Shown here in pieces: positions 44,283-53,969 of a DNA stretch of 64,000 bases. The stretch comes from Thaumarchaeota archaeon UBA164 (GTDB lineage Archaea; Thermoproteota; Nitrososphaeria; Conexivisphaerales; UBA164): assembly GCA_002499005.1 (NCBI GenBank), contig DAJU01000001.1:24541-88540 (forward strand). Reading direction: 5' to 3'. The position numbers and the translations under genes are program-made. Each line of letters opens with the position of its first letter. Position 1 is the first letter of the stretch. The notes under the pieces were generated by a model. The model was not told where the DNA came from. It saw nothing but the letters and a program-made list of their open reading frames with translations, and searched no databases.

Positions 44283-46193
44283 GTGAAGGACAGGACCTAT
44301 CAGCTCTTGCTGGCAGTTGACATAGACAAAAAGGAGGAGCTCGCAAAGAGGCTCGTTTCATTCAAGGCTGTAAAAATAGTTGAAAGAAAGACCAAGGCCA
44401 TAGAGGAAGTTGAAAGGATGCAGGCGCTTGTATCTGAGCTCGCTGAAAGGGCTGGCATAAGGCCAGAGGCTGGGTACACTGAGATACTCATGGGCAGAAG
44501 GATAAAAAGGATAAGGTTTGAAGGCAGGACAGTAAACGAAGTTCTGGAGAGCATAAGCTCCACAGTTGGAAATACAATTGAGGAGCTAGAGAAGGCAGTT
44601 TTTGACCTGGAATCGACAGAGTCCGCGCTTGGCGCGGCTGAATCAGAGCTCTCCAGGATAGCGCCGATCTCGTTCATTGAGCACGACCTGTCTTTCATAG
44701 GGTCCCTCAGGAGGTTTTGCGTGAAGATCTACGTAAGCAAGGACAGGCCCTTTACACCTGATGGGGCAGTTGTATCTGTTCATCAGCTTAACGGATCATA
44801 TCTTAACGTTGTGGTTTGCCGGCCTGAGGACGAGCAGCTTATAATAAAGGCCGCAGGGGAGCTGGGGCTTACCCTGATTTCTCCGCCTTCATACAGCCCT
44901 GCAGCGAGGGCTAGGAAGCTTAACAAAGAGGTTGAGGAGCTGAAGGCAAAGAGGGATGATCTGCTAAAGAAGGTTGGTGAGATAAAGGCAAGGGCGGAGG
45001 ACGAGATTGACGCGGCCCTTGAGGCGCTCACCGCGCTGAAGGAAGCGCTTGAGCTTGGCGAGCCTCACGGCAGGTTCCTGCTTGTGCGAGTTGAGGTCCC
45101 AAGCCTCTTCTATGAAAGGTTTTTAAAAAGCATGTCAGACATAGCTATAGTTTCTGAGCCTGACAAAGGTGAGGAGGTCGAGCTTGTTAACCCAATTTAT
45201 GTGAAGAACTTTGAGCAGATAACAGAAACTCAGGGCGTTCCATCAGAACATGAAATAGACCCAACCCCAATAATAGCATTCGTCTTCCCGCTCTTCTTTG
45301 GATTCATGTTCCCTGACCTCGGGCAGGGGCTCGTCCTTCTGGCGCTGGGGCTTTTAATTTACCTGAGGGGCTGGAAGGTCAAGAAAATGTGGGGGGCGCT
45401 GCTGGCCACCTTCGGGGCATCAGCCTCAATATCAGGCATACTTGCAGGCGAGTTCTTTGGCTTTGACGTTTCGCTTATACCGGGCATAGGGCCCTACTTG
45501 GCAAGGGCGGCAATCGTAAAGATACCAACGCTTTCGTCTTTAACATCAGGGATAGTGCTTGGCGCCCTGGCGCTGGCAATACTGATAGGCATAGTTCACC
45601 TAGCTTCAGGCTTTTTCCTTGACTTTTATCAGACTGTTAAGCATGATAGGCTAAGGGCATATGCGGAGAAGCTGACTGCTCTTCTTGCATACGCCGGCGC
45701 TGTGCTTATAGGCCTGTCAATAATAGGCGGCGGATACACGTTTAACCTGTTTGCTGGAAGGGCAGCGCTTATAGGGGTTCCAAACGCCTATGTCAGCATG
45801 TTTTCAATACCGGTTACGGCGGCAAGCCTTGGCGTAATGGTCTTCTTCATGCTGAGGGAGATGGGTCCTCTTAACTCAATGATACAGTTCATGTTTGTGG
45901 TCATCGAGTTTCTGGCAAACACGATAAGCTACTCAAGGCTTGCCATACTTTTTCTGGTTCACATAATACTGATGAAGGCGCTGAACCTGACAATAGGCAT
46001 GGGAGCGATCTCAGTGCCGCTGCTCATAATAGGCAATGTGGGGATAATGGCGCTAGAGGGGCTTATAGTCTACATCCAAGCGCTCAGGCTTCACATATAC
46101 GAGTGGGGCACCAAGTTTTACATGGGAGGAGGAAAGAGGTTTAAGGGCCTTGGAGACATGCTGCTGCATGCAGACCTTCTCTTCAGGGAGTAA
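44283..46193 (+). CDS. atpI: V/A-type ATP synthase subunit I
   Basis: GTG start. A cytoplasmic coiled N-terminal half of about 330 aa is followed by about 7 TM segments with YSRLAILFLVH and LRLHIYEW. 636 aa. Confidence 0.85.
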   Translation: MKDRTYQLLLAVDIDKKEELAKRLVSFKAVKIVERKTKAIEEVERMQALVSELAERAGIRPEAGYTEILMGRRIKRIRFEGRTVNEVLESISSTVGNTIEELEKAVFDLESTESALGAAESELSRIAPISFIEHDLSFIGSLRRFCVKIYVSKDRPFTPDGAVVSVHQLNGSYLNVVVCRPEDEQLIIKAAGELGLTLISPPSYSPAARARKLNKEVEELKAKRDDLLKKVGEIKARAEDEIDAALEALTALKEALELGEPHGRFLLVRVEVPSLFYERFLKSMSDIAIVSEPDKGEEVELVNPIYVKNFEQITETQGVPSEHEIDPTPIIAFVFPLFFGFMFPDLGQGLVLLALGLLIYLRGWKVKKMWGALLATFGASASISGILAGEFFGFDVSLIPGIGPYLARAAIVKIPTLSSLTSGIVLGALALAILIGIVHLASGFFLDFYQTVKHDRLRAYAEKLTALLAYAGAVLIGLSIIGGGYTFNLFAGRAALIGVPNAYVSMFSIPVTAASLGVMVFFMLREMGPLNSMIQFMFVVIEFLANTISYSRLAILFLVHIILMKALNLTIGMGAISVPLLIIGNVGIMALEGLIVYIQALRLHIYEWGTKFYMGGGKRFKGLGDMLLHADLLFRE

Positions 46194-46590
46194 CCACAAT
46201 ATCAACTTCTAAAATCCTTTCGCCCGACAGCATATAGGCGCGGAACTCGGATGCGCCGTAGCCAGCTATTATCCATATAACCTCGTTAAGCCTCATGTAT
46301 TTTACATCAACTGACGATGGATAAGGTTTACCGGGATGCGAATGAAATATACCCACCAGCTCAACGCCATTCTTGTCGGCCCACACATATGCCTGGTAAA
46401 TGTCCTCAGGCGCTATGGAAAACGCGTATGGGGATGGCGTTGAATTTCTTACAGGCATTACCCTCTCAACAACCCAGTCTTCGTTATTTCTGTGTCCAAA
46501 AAGGAGCGCAACAGCTTCATTAGGGCTTTCCCTCTTTGACTCCAGCGCAAGCTCATCAAGCTGTACTTTGCTTATCACAAGTCTGGTCAA
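46183..46590 (-). CDS. JAB1/MPN/Mov34 (JAMM) metalloprotease
   Basis: Contains PNEAVALLFG and HSHPGKPYPSSVD (the E...HxHx7Sx2D JAMM motif). 135 aa. Confidence 0.85.
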   Translation of the reverse strand: MTRLVISKVQLDELALESKRESPNEAVALLFGHRNNEDWVVERVMPVRNSTPSPYAFSIAPEDIYQAYVWADKNGVELVGIFHSHPGKPYPSSVDVKYMRLNEVIWIIAGYGASEFRAYMLSGERILEVDIVVTP

Positions 46591-46655
46591 TTTTCAGCGT
46601 CAAGCCAATTTATTTTCGAAAAAGTTATACCTTGCTGTGTTTATCTAAGTTATAC

Positions 46656-47492
46656 GTGAGCTTTATAGTCAGGTTTGCCGCAAAGCGGTACATAGCCGGC
46701 GAAGACCTTAACGACGCGCTTGTCGTTTCCCGCAGGATATCCTCTTGGGGCGCAATCCCGCTGGTTAACTATCTGGGCGAAGAGCTTCATGACCAGGGCG
46801 CTGTTGAGTCCGCAGTTAAGGAATACGAGTCATTGATGAACAGCATGAAGGACGCAGGGCTAAGGGGGGAGGTGGCTGTAAAGCCAACGCAGATAGGCCT
46901 TTCGATCTCATACAGCCTGGCGCAGCAGAACTATTCACGGCTTGCAAGAACAGCAAGGGATCTCGGCATCTTTTTGTGGCTTGACATGGAATCCTATGTT
47001 TATCTTGAGCACACGCTCAGGCTTTATTACAGCGAGGTTAAAGATGGGGGAGTTGGCATAGCCATTCAGTCTTATTTAAAAAGAAGCGCCAAGGATGTTT
47101 CAGAGCTGGTAAGGGCCGGCGGCGTGATAAGGCTTGTTAAGGGGGCGTACAAAGAAGGCCCGGACGTGGCTTACCAGAGCTGGGAGGAAAGAACTGAAAA
47201 CTACAGGAAGCTCATGAAGTTCCTTTTTGATGAAGCTGAAAAGTTTACAATAGCAACGCACGACAAGGCGATTTTAAAGGAGGCATTCGAATTAAACAGG
47301 GAAAGGAAGAAGGATGTGACGCTTGCCGTTTTGCTGGGCATAAGAAACTCGTACCTTTTATCCCTGATAAAGGAGGGGGCAAAGGGCGCAATTTACATAC
47401 CCTACGGCGGCCTCTGGATTGACTATGTAAAGAGGAGGATGCGGGAGGCCGCAAACGTTGCCCTGATAATTAAGACAGCGTTTGAGCGCTAG
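46656..47492 (+). CDS. proline dehydrogenase family protein
   Basis: Contains RYIAGE and IRLVKGAY (PRODH signature). The start is placed at the in-frame GTG 46656 to avoid the overlap with the JAMM gene implied by the track ORF (46536). The start remains uncertain. Confidence 0.7.
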   Translation: MSFIVRFAAKRYIAGEDLNDALVVSRRISSWGAIPLVNYLGEELHDQGAVESAVKEYESLMNSMKDAGLRGEVAVKPTQIGLSISYSLAQQNYSRLARTARDLGIFLWLDMESYVYLEHTLRLYYSEVKDGGVGIAIQSYLKRSAKDVSELVRAGGVIRLVKGAYKEGPDVAYQSWEERTENYRKLMKFLFDEAEKFTIATHDKAILKEAFELNRERKKDVTLAVLLGIRNSYLLSLIKEGAKGAIYIPYGGLWIDYVKRRMREAANVALIIKTAFER

Positions 47493-47976
47493 CCGTCTTC
47501 TGGCCAAAGCACTCCTTTAGCTTTTTGTAGGTTTCATACACGGATTCCGGTATAACCTTAACTTCTGAAAACACTGGCATAAAGTTCGTGTCGCCCCTCC
47601 ACCTGGGCACCATATGAACGTGCAGGTGCTCATAGCCAGCCCCCGCATCTATTCCTATGTTTACGCCTATGTTAAACCCATCCGGGTTCATCTTTTTTCT
47701 TATACACGATTCTGTAAAGCTTATAAGCTCAAGCATCTCCAGGGCTTCGTCATTTGCAAGCTCTCCCATATCCTTCACATGCCTGTACGGCACCACCATT
47801 ACGTGGCCGTTGTTGTAAGGATATTTGTTCATTATTACATAAGCCAGCCTTCCCCTGTAAACTATCAGGTTTTCTTCGTCCTTTTCAGGACCATCAGCTG
47901 GCAGCGCACAGAAGATGCACACGTCCTTTCTGTGTATTACCCCAGGAAGTCTCCATGGAGCCCAGATCACCCTCAA
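47470..47976 (-). CDS. HIT-family nucleotide hydrolase/transferase
   Basis: Contains NKYPYNNGHVMVVP and the histidine triad HLHVHMVPR. 168 aa. Confidence 0.85.
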   Translation of the reverse strand: MRVIWAPWRLPGVIHRKDVCIFCALPADGPEKDEENLIVYRGRLAYVIMNKYPYNNGHVMVVPYRHVKDMGELANDEALEMLELISFTESCIRKKMNPDGFNIGVNIGIDAGAGYEHLHVHMVPRWRGDTNFMPVFSEVKVIPESVYETYKKLKECFGQKTASAQTLS

Positions 47977-48116
47977 GCCTCAGTTTAATGAAGCTGAGTG
48001 TTTAAAAAGCTTATCTGAGAGATGCGCACGGCTTTGCGAGAAGAAGCCGGAGTCCCTTTGCGTCAGCCATGTGTTTAAACAAAAGGTTTTAAGCGCTCAG
48101 GCTTTAAAAAAGCCCC

Positions 48117-48926
48117 GTGTCCCTGAGCTTAAGAGGGCTTAGCTTCAAATACAGGGGGCAAAACGAATATGCATTACAAGATGTAAACATGGAGCTTCCA
48201 CGGGGCGCCGCACTTGCCTTGACAGGGCCAAGCGGCTGCGGCAAGTCAACCCTGCTTAGGGCAATAGTGGGGCTTGTGCCCCGGTATTACGCCGGGGACT
48301 TCTCGGGAACAGTCCTGGTTGACGGCGTTCCAGTGGATAACATGAGCAGAGAGGATATAGCCAGAACCTTTGGCTTTGTGTTTCAGAACCCTGACAGCCA
48401 GATACTTTCATACAAGGCCAGAAGGGATATAGGGCTTACGCTTGAAAACCTCGGTGCTGAGCCTGACGAGATAGATAAAGCGGTAAATGAGATAGCCTAT
48501 GAGCTCGGCATTCGGGACATTCTAGACAGGCCTGTCCATGAACTCAGCGATGGGCAAAGGCAGCTTGTTGCCCTTGCAGGGGCAATAGTCACAAGGCCCA
48601 GGGTTTTGATACTGGATGAGCCAACCTCACTGCTTGACCCGCGCAGCACAGTGGCAGTTCTTGAAGCTGTGGACAGGGCAAGGAAGGCCCACGGGACAAC
48701 GCTTATAATAGTTGAGCACCGGCTTGAGCTGCTTCTCAGGTTTGTGGACCACCTTGCATATATGGACAGAGGCAGGGTTGTTGCGTTCGGCATGATCAAG
48801 GAAGCGGCCAGGCTAATTCCTCAGGAAGTCCTGCCGCATCCCTCCAGGATAGGCCTTGAGGCTTTTGGCGACGCGGGCCTTCTGACCGTGGAGGACCTTG
48901 TAAAAAGGGCAGGGGGAGGACCATGA
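48117..48926 (+). CDS. ecfA1: ECF/cobalt-type ABC transporter ATPase
   Basis: Contains GPSGCGKST, LSDGQRQL and LILDEPTS. Confidence 0.88.
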   Translation: MSLSLRGLSFKYRGQNEYALQDVNMELPRGAALALTGPSGCGKSTLLRAIVGLVPRYYAGDFSGTVLVDGVPVDNMSREDIARTFGFVFQNPDSQILSYKARRDIGLTLENLGAEPDEIDKAVNEIAYELGIRDILDRPVHELSDGQRQLVALAGAIVTRPRVLILDEPTSLLDPRSTVAVLEAVDRARKAHGTTLIIVEHRLELLLRFVDHLAYMDRGRVVAFGMIKEAARLIPQEVLPHPSRIGLEAFGDAGLLTVEDLVKRAGGGP

Positions 48927-49714
48927 TAGAGCTGTTAGATATCTGGCACTCGTACGGAAACCGGCAGGTTATAAAGGGCATAAGTGAAAGGTTTGAAGAC
49001 GGCAGGGTTTATGCAATAATTGGCAGGAACGGATCAGGCAAGTCCACGCTGCTGAGGATAATGGCAGGCCTTATAAGGCCTACAAGGGGGGTGGCGCTTG
49101 TGAACGGCAAGGACATAGGTAGCATGAAGCCGCGCGAAGCGATAAAGGAGGTCGGCATAGTCTTTCAGAACCCGGACTATCAGCTATTTGAGGAGACGGT
49201 TTACAGGGAGGTTGAATTTGCGCTCAAGAACCTGGGGATAGAAAATAACCGGGAGCAGATGGTGGGCTGGGCCCTGAGGGAGCTTGGGCTTGAAGGCCTT
49301 AAGGACAGGCCACCGTTAACCTTAAGCGGCGGCGAAAAAAAGAGGCTTACAATAGCGGCCGTGATAGCCTGGAGGCCCAGAGCCCTTTTGCTTGACGAGC
49401 CCACCGTGGGCCAGGATCAGGCTTTTAAGGAGCTCCTTATGCGTTTGATAAAGGGCCATGCTGAGAAAGGAGGGCCTGTAATCATTTCGACCCACGACAT
49501 GGAGTTCCTGTGGAAGCTTAACCCTAACGCGGTGCTCATAAGCGATGGAGTTGTGCTTTGCAGGGGCGAGTTCAGGAGGCTTGCCCTTAAGGAGTGCTTC
49601 AGGTCAACATTTGAGGTTCTTCCTGGCCTTGCAGCGCTCACGAGGGCCCTTGGGCTAAGTGACCCGCTTGTTGATGACAAGGAGGCTGTGGAGGCGATAA
49701 TGAAGTGGCGCTGA
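48923..49714 (+). CDS. ecfA2: ECF/cobalt-type ABC transporter ATPase
   Basis: Contains GRNGSGKST, LSGGEKKR and LLLDEPT. The start overlaps the upstream stop (ATGA). Confidence 0.88.
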   Translation: MIELLDIWHSYGNRQVIKGISERFEDGRVYAIIGRNGSGKSTLLRIMAGLIRPTRGVALVNGKDIGSMKPREAIKEVGIVFQNPDYQLFEETVYREVEFALKNLGIENNREQMVGWALRELGLEGLKDRPPLTLSGGEKKRLTIAAVIAWRPRALLLDEPTVGQDQAFKELLMRLIKGHAEKGGPVIISTHDMEFLWKLNPNAVLISDGVVLCRGEFRRLALKECFRSTFEVLPGLAALTRALGLSDPLVDDKEAVEAIMKWR

Positions 49715-50427
49715 ACATTTCAAGGGCGTTTGTTTACAATGAGGGCTCATATATGGCGACTTTTGATCCAAGGGCAAAGCTCATCCTTGCAATAATAATG
49801 ATAGTTGCATCGCTGACCATTTACACCCCTTTAAAGGCGGCGATTCTCGCCATCTTCATGATTCTGCTGGCCGCGGCTTCAGGCAACCTTAAAAGGGTTG
49901 CCTCATCGCTACTCTTTGCCGTCCCATTTCTGATAATAATAGCTGGGGGCGAGATGCTTATCTCCAGGTCTGTTTACGCTTCGCTTGGCTACTCTATGAG
50001 GTTTGCAAACCTCGTTCTGGCTGGCTCGACCGCGTTTACCTCAATGTCCCCGGACGAATTCGAGTTTGTAATCAGGTGGCTCGGGGCATCAGGGGACTTT
50101 GCGTTTCTGCTTTCTGCAACCTTCAGATTTATACCGCTGCTTGCGCTTGACCTGGAGCAGATAGTGCAGGTTCAGAGGGCAAGGGGGGTTGACTTCTCCA
50201 CCAGGAACCCCGTGAAATGGGTTTCAGGGATGTCGTCGGTTCTGGTCCCTTTAATAGTTGTTTCAATAATAAGGAGCGGGGAGATGGCTGAGGCCATGGA
50301 GCTCAGGGGATATGGCGTGAGGAGCAAAACCAGGCCGCCGTTCAGGTTCAGGTTCGGCGCAAGGGATGCGGCCCTGGTCATAGGCGGCGTAGCGCTCTTC
50401 GCGATCCTTCTTTTAGTTAAAGTTTAA
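49705..50427 (+). CDS. ecfT: ECF transporter T component (CbiQ/EcfT family)
   Basis: A polytopic protein with FDPRAKLIL and the RARGVDF coupling motif. The start is either GTG 49705 or ATG 49753. Confidence 0.75.
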   Translation: MALNISRAFVYNEGSYMATFDPRAKLILAIIMIVASLTIYTPLKAAILAIFMILLAAASGNLKRVASSLLFAVPFLIIIAGGEMLISRSVYASLGYSMRFANLVLAGSTAFTSMSPDEFEFVIRWLGASGDFAFLLSATFRFIPLLALDLEQIVQVQRARGVDFSTRNPVKWVSGMSSVLVPLIVVSIIRSGEMAEAMELRGYGVRSKTRPPFRFRFGARDAALVIGGVALFAILLLVKV

Positions 50428-50451
50428 AGCCTGAAGCTTTAAATCAAACGC

Positions 50452-50820
50452 ATGGCAGAACAGGAGCCGCTCAGGATAAGGCTTAACACCTGGTTCAGGT
50501 TGCCCCCTCTAGGCAAGCTTACGTTTTCCGAGCTGATGCGGGCAGGCGTAACTTACGACTCAAAGAACGGGTTCATGATCACTGAAAGGGCAAACCTGTC
50601 TGCCATAAAGGGGATACTGGAGAGAGCCCTCAGGAGGAACGTGTACTATGCGTTTAACTGCATAATATGCGGGAGGGAGTCAGACTGCTCTACCTGCAGC
50701 TTTAAGTACACGTGCCCAGTTGAGGAAGCAGGGGGCCGTTGCATATGCGATAAATGCTACGCTGAAAAGAGCATCCTTGATTACTTTTCAGCTCAGAGAT
50801 CAATAATTTCTGGCAACTAA
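50452..50820 (+). CDS. hypothetical Cys-rich protein
   Basis: The C-terminal cluster is CIICGRESDCSTCSFKYTCPVEEAGGRCICDKC. 122 aa. I recognised no family. Confidence 0.45.
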   Translation: MAEQEPLRIRLNTWFRLPPLGKLTFSELMRAGVTYDSKNGFMITERANLSAIKGILERALRRNVYYAFNCIICGRESDCSTCSFKYTCPVEEAGGRCICDKCYAEKSILDYFSAQRSIISGN

Positions 50821-51434
50821 CAGGATCTGGCCGCAGCAGTAGCAGCTGCATGTGCACGAAACAGGGGCTCGGGGAGCCGGTGGCCCAGTAAAAGGGATTT
50901 AACAAGGTTAATCGACTCTTCAAGCGAAATCATGTGCCCAGGGCTTACAAATATTCGCCTCCTTCCTTGCCCAATAACTGCCGCGACTCTTTCATCTTCA
51001 ATTAAAATAAAGCCTTTCTCCTCTCTGCCATACAGCACCCTCTTTGCGACGCCAACGCTTGGCACCCCCATTACAACTCCAAAATGCGATGCGCTGCCAA
51101 AGCGCCTTGGGTGCGCTATCCCGTGCCCATCAACCAAAACAGCATCAGGCTTAGCTGTTAGCCTCAAATATGCGGACGCCATCGCCCCAACCTCTCTGAA
51201 ACCCAGAAACCCAGGCACATAAGGCACCTGCTCTTTTACCGGATGGACCTTAACCTCCAGGGTCCTGCCCTCCTTTGTAGAGAAAAGCGCTGCGGCCCCA
51301 AAAGCCATTCCACAGCCGTAGGCGACGTCAAGCCCAGCAACTAACGCGACCTCAGATGCCCTTATACCTGAGAGCTTGACAAGCCCAGAAAGGGTCAGCT
51401 GCGCTTTAACTGCCTTTTCAGCTAAAAACGTCAA
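50817..51434 (-). CDS. nfi: endonuclease V
   Basis: Contains VAGLDVAY, GFLGFREV and VDGHGIAHPRRFGSASHFGV. Confidence 0.88.
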   Translation of the reverse strand: MTFLAEKAVKAQLTLSGLVKLSGIRASEVALVAGLDVAYGCGMAFGAAALFSTKEGRTLEVKVHPVKEQVPYVPGFLGFREVGAMASAYLRLTAKPDAVLVDGHGIAHPRRFGSASHFGVVMGVPSVGVAKRVLYGREEKGFILIEDERVAAVIGQGRRRIFVSPGHMISLEESINLVKSLLLGHRLPEPLFRAHAAATAAARSC

Positions 51435-51970
51435 CTTTGCATGGCCTTCCCAAGAGCGCTTTCAAACGCAGCCGCCTGACCTTTGTCGATGATGTAAACG
51501 TCAACCTCCTTAAGCGATTTTGGTCTTATCGCGCTCAGCGCCAGATAAAGCGCCTTTGCGGAGTCCTCTATAGGGAAGCCATAAATTCCTGATGATATTG
51601 CCGGCACCGCTACAACTGAGTCGCCAAGCCTGTCCGAGGCCTCAAGCGCGGCCCTGTAAGCCGTAACGAGATCATCTAGGCTTCCCTCACCGTAAATAGG
51701 CCCCACCACGTGTATTATCCTCTTTGCGGAAAGCTTTCCAGCGGTTGTAATTGCGGCCTCCCCTCTTCCTAAAGGGCCATGCCTTTTAACAAACTCATCG
51801 CTTTCCACCTGAATTTCACGCCCTCCCCTTCTAACAAGCGCCAGCGCCACCCCGCCTCCGTGCTTCAGAAACCGATTTGCAGCGTTAACTATCGAATCAG
51901 CGACTGCAAGTGAGATGTCGCCGTTTATCACCCTAACGCTGATGCCGTTAACGGTTATATTCTGTACCAT
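51431..51970 (-). CDS. macro domain (ADP-ribose/O-acetyl-ADP-ribose-binding) protein
   Basis: Contains ADSIVNAANRFLKHGGGVALA and ISSGIYGFP. The stop overlaps the nfi start by 4 nt. Confidence 0.88.
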   Translation of the reverse strand: MVQNITVNGISVRVINGDISLAVADSIVNAANRFLKHGGGVALALVRRGGREIQVESDEFVKRHGPLGRGEAAITTAGKLSAKRIIHVVGPIYGEGSLDDLVTAYRAALEASDRLGDSVVAVPAISSGIYGFPIEDSAKALYLALSAIRPKSLKEVDVYIIDKGQAAAFESALGKAMQS

Positions 51971-52078
51971 AAGCCTGTTTTAGGCGTGGTCAGATTTAAG
52001 CTGTTCAACTAAAACAGCTATGCGGTCAGCAACAAAGGGAAGAAGAGGTTTTAGGCAAGGGTCCATAAAATCGCCATT

Positions 52079-52816
52079 ATGGAAGACCAAATTCAGCTTG
52101 CCTCAAGGGCGCTTGCTGGCGCATCCTGCGCGGTGGCCCTTACAGGCGCAGGCATAAGCACGGCCAGCGGGATACCTGACTTCAGGGGCCCTCAGGGCGT
52201 CTGGAGGCGTGTAGATCCTGAAAAGTTTAACATAAGCTACTTTATTGAAAACCCGGATGAGGCATGGGATCTGATAAGAGAAGTTTTTATCCCAAAAGGT
52301 GAGGTAAAGCCAAATAAAGCTCACGCCGCGCTTGCTGAGCTTGAAAGGGCCGGCGTCCTTTGCTCTGTAATAACCCAGAACATAGATGGCCTGCACCAGG
52401 CCGCCGGGTCAAAAAACGTAATAGAAATTCATGGCAACATCCTGAGGTCCTACTGTATGAGCTGCGGAACCAAATTTAAAACGCTTGACCTTATAAGCGG
52501 AAGGGGAGCTCCAAGGTGCAGTTCATGTGGTGGACTCGTAAGGCCGGATATAGTTTTCTTTGGGGAGCCGCTTGGGGAGCCCTTTGAAGCTGCCGCAGGC
52601 ATCTCAAGCAGGTCAGATGTCTTTCTGGCGGTGGGCACTTCGTTGGCGGTGTCGCCGGCAAATTTGCTACCAGTTTACGCAAAGCGGGCTGGCTCAAAGC
52701 TGATCATAATAAACCAGGGGTCTACAGAGCTTGACCACATGGCTGATATAAGGATAGAGGGAAGGGCCGAGGAGGCGCTACCTAGAATAGCGGAGCTTGT
52801 CCTGCGGCTCAGGTGA
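52079..52816 (+). CDS. cobB: NAD-dependent protein deacylase (sirtuin, Sir2/CobB type)
   Basis: Contains GAGISTASGIPDFRG, TQNIDGLH and a zinc ribbon (CMSCG...CSSCGG). 245 aa. Confidence 0.92.
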   Translation: MEDQIQLASRALAGASCAVALTGAGISTASGIPDFRGPQGVWRRVDPEKFNISYFIENPDEAWDLIREVFIPKGEVKPNKAHAALAELERAGVLCSVITQNIDGLHQAAGSKNVIEIHGNILRSYCMSCGTKFKTLDLISGRGAPRCSSCGGLVRPDIVFFGEPLGEPFEAAAGISSRSDVFLAVGTSLAVSPANLLPVYAKRAGSKLIIINQGSTELDHMADIRIEGRAEEALPRIAELVLRLR

Positions 52817-53930
52817 GCTCTGAGTGCTTTGACTTCATGTCCACTTCTGTTATCCCCTCGGTCTTGGCAACATAGTGAACAAAGCTCTCAAGAAAGAACA
52901 GCGTCCTGAGCTCGAAAGTTGAAAGCAGTGGGTCCGAGGGATAGTAGCTTGACCTCAGGCCCTTCAGCTTCATCATCACCCTGCCTGGCACTTCAATAAC
53001 GTGGTCAGATATGCCTGCGAGCTTTGAGTCTGAAAACGACGTCACTGTAGCTATCTTAGCCCCCTTTTCCTTTACCTTCTCCGCTAGCTTGAACATAAGC
53101 TCGCCTGAAGACCCGGTAATGAATATGGCAAGGTCGCTGGCTCTTAGCGACGTGCTTCCCCTGTCCAGCCAGAAATAAGCCTGCCTTTCCTGCTCCGCCT
53201 TTGCCAGATGCCTGAGCCTTGTCACAAAGAACCTGCCGACGATGCCGCTAAGTCCCTCGCCTATTATAACTGCCTTTCCTGACACTGATTCTGAGGCCTT
53301 AGGCAAAAGCTCGTGAAGCCTTACATAATCCTGATCTCGCGGCATGTATTCATCTATCCTTTTGGCAAGCTCTGAGTGGGTCTCCAGAAGGCCCCTTCCC
53401 TTTATGCTTCCTACCAGTGACAGGGCGTAAAGGAGGGACCTGAGCTCAAAAAGTGTGCCCATGGGGGTCAGCGGCGCGGTGGTTTCCCCTGTAACCTTTG
53501 TTATGTAGTACTCCTTTTTCCAGGGCTGTCCTCCAGGTATTATAACTGCCCTGTCGGCGTACTTTGCGGCCTCTCCCTCGGAGTTGCCAGTTATCACAGC
53601 AATGTAGCTTTTGCCCTCTCTTGCGTACTTCAAAACCTCATTTGTATAGCTGGTAAGGCCACTTCCTGTAAAAGCAACAACTGTATCGCATGGAGTAAAT
53701 ACGTAGGGAATGTCAAAGGGCCCAAACGACGTTTCAACGCCAGCGTTCCTCAGGAACCTTGCAAAGGCGTCAGCCACATCTCCAGACCTGCCAATACCAA
53801 CGCTCACAACTCTCCTTGAGTAGCTTATCCTTTCCTTAAGCTCGTCAACGTCGGATGGGGGATCGTAATCTGTAACAAGCTTTACAAGCCTTTTATAAAG
53901 CAGCGATGGGGCTTCCTCCGAGCGGCTCAC
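52809..53930 (-). CDS. double SIS-domain sugar-phosphate isomerase/binding protein
   Basis: Two SIS-like halves are present (VVSVGIGRSGDVA...AFTGSGLTS and VIIGEGLSG...IFITGSSGE). 373 aa. Confidence 0.6.
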   Translation of the reverse strand: MSRSEEAPSLLYKRLVKLVTDYDPPSDVDELKERISYSRRVVSVGIGRSGDVADAFARFLRNAGVETSFGPFDIPYVFTPCDTVVAFTGSGLTSYTNEVLKYAREGKSYIAVITGNSEGEAAKYADRAVIIPGGQPWKKEYYITKVTGETTAPLTPMGTLFELRSLLYALSLVGSIKGRGLLETHSELAKRIDEYMPRDQDYVRLHELLPKASESVSGKAVIIGEGLSGIVGRFFVTRLRHLAKAEQERQAYFWLDRGSTSLRASDLAIFITGSSGELMFKLAEKVKEKGAKIATVTSFSDSKLAGISDHVIEVPGRVMMKLKGLRSSYYPSDPLLSTFELRTLFFLESFVHYVAKTEGITEVDMKSKHSELT

Positions 53931-53969
53931 ACCTAGCTTGGGATCAGCGCGTATTTAATTATTTTTAAT

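Noticed and set aside
52079-52816. The Sir2 gene as a possible defence effector (Thoeris/DSR/Sir2-HerA type), given that a HerA-like gene lies elsewhere in the window.
   Set aside because: It is a compact 245-aa canonical sirtuin with the Zn-ribbon and catalytic motifs of CobB-type deacylases. It lies 10 kb from the herA-like gene and has no fused sensor domain.
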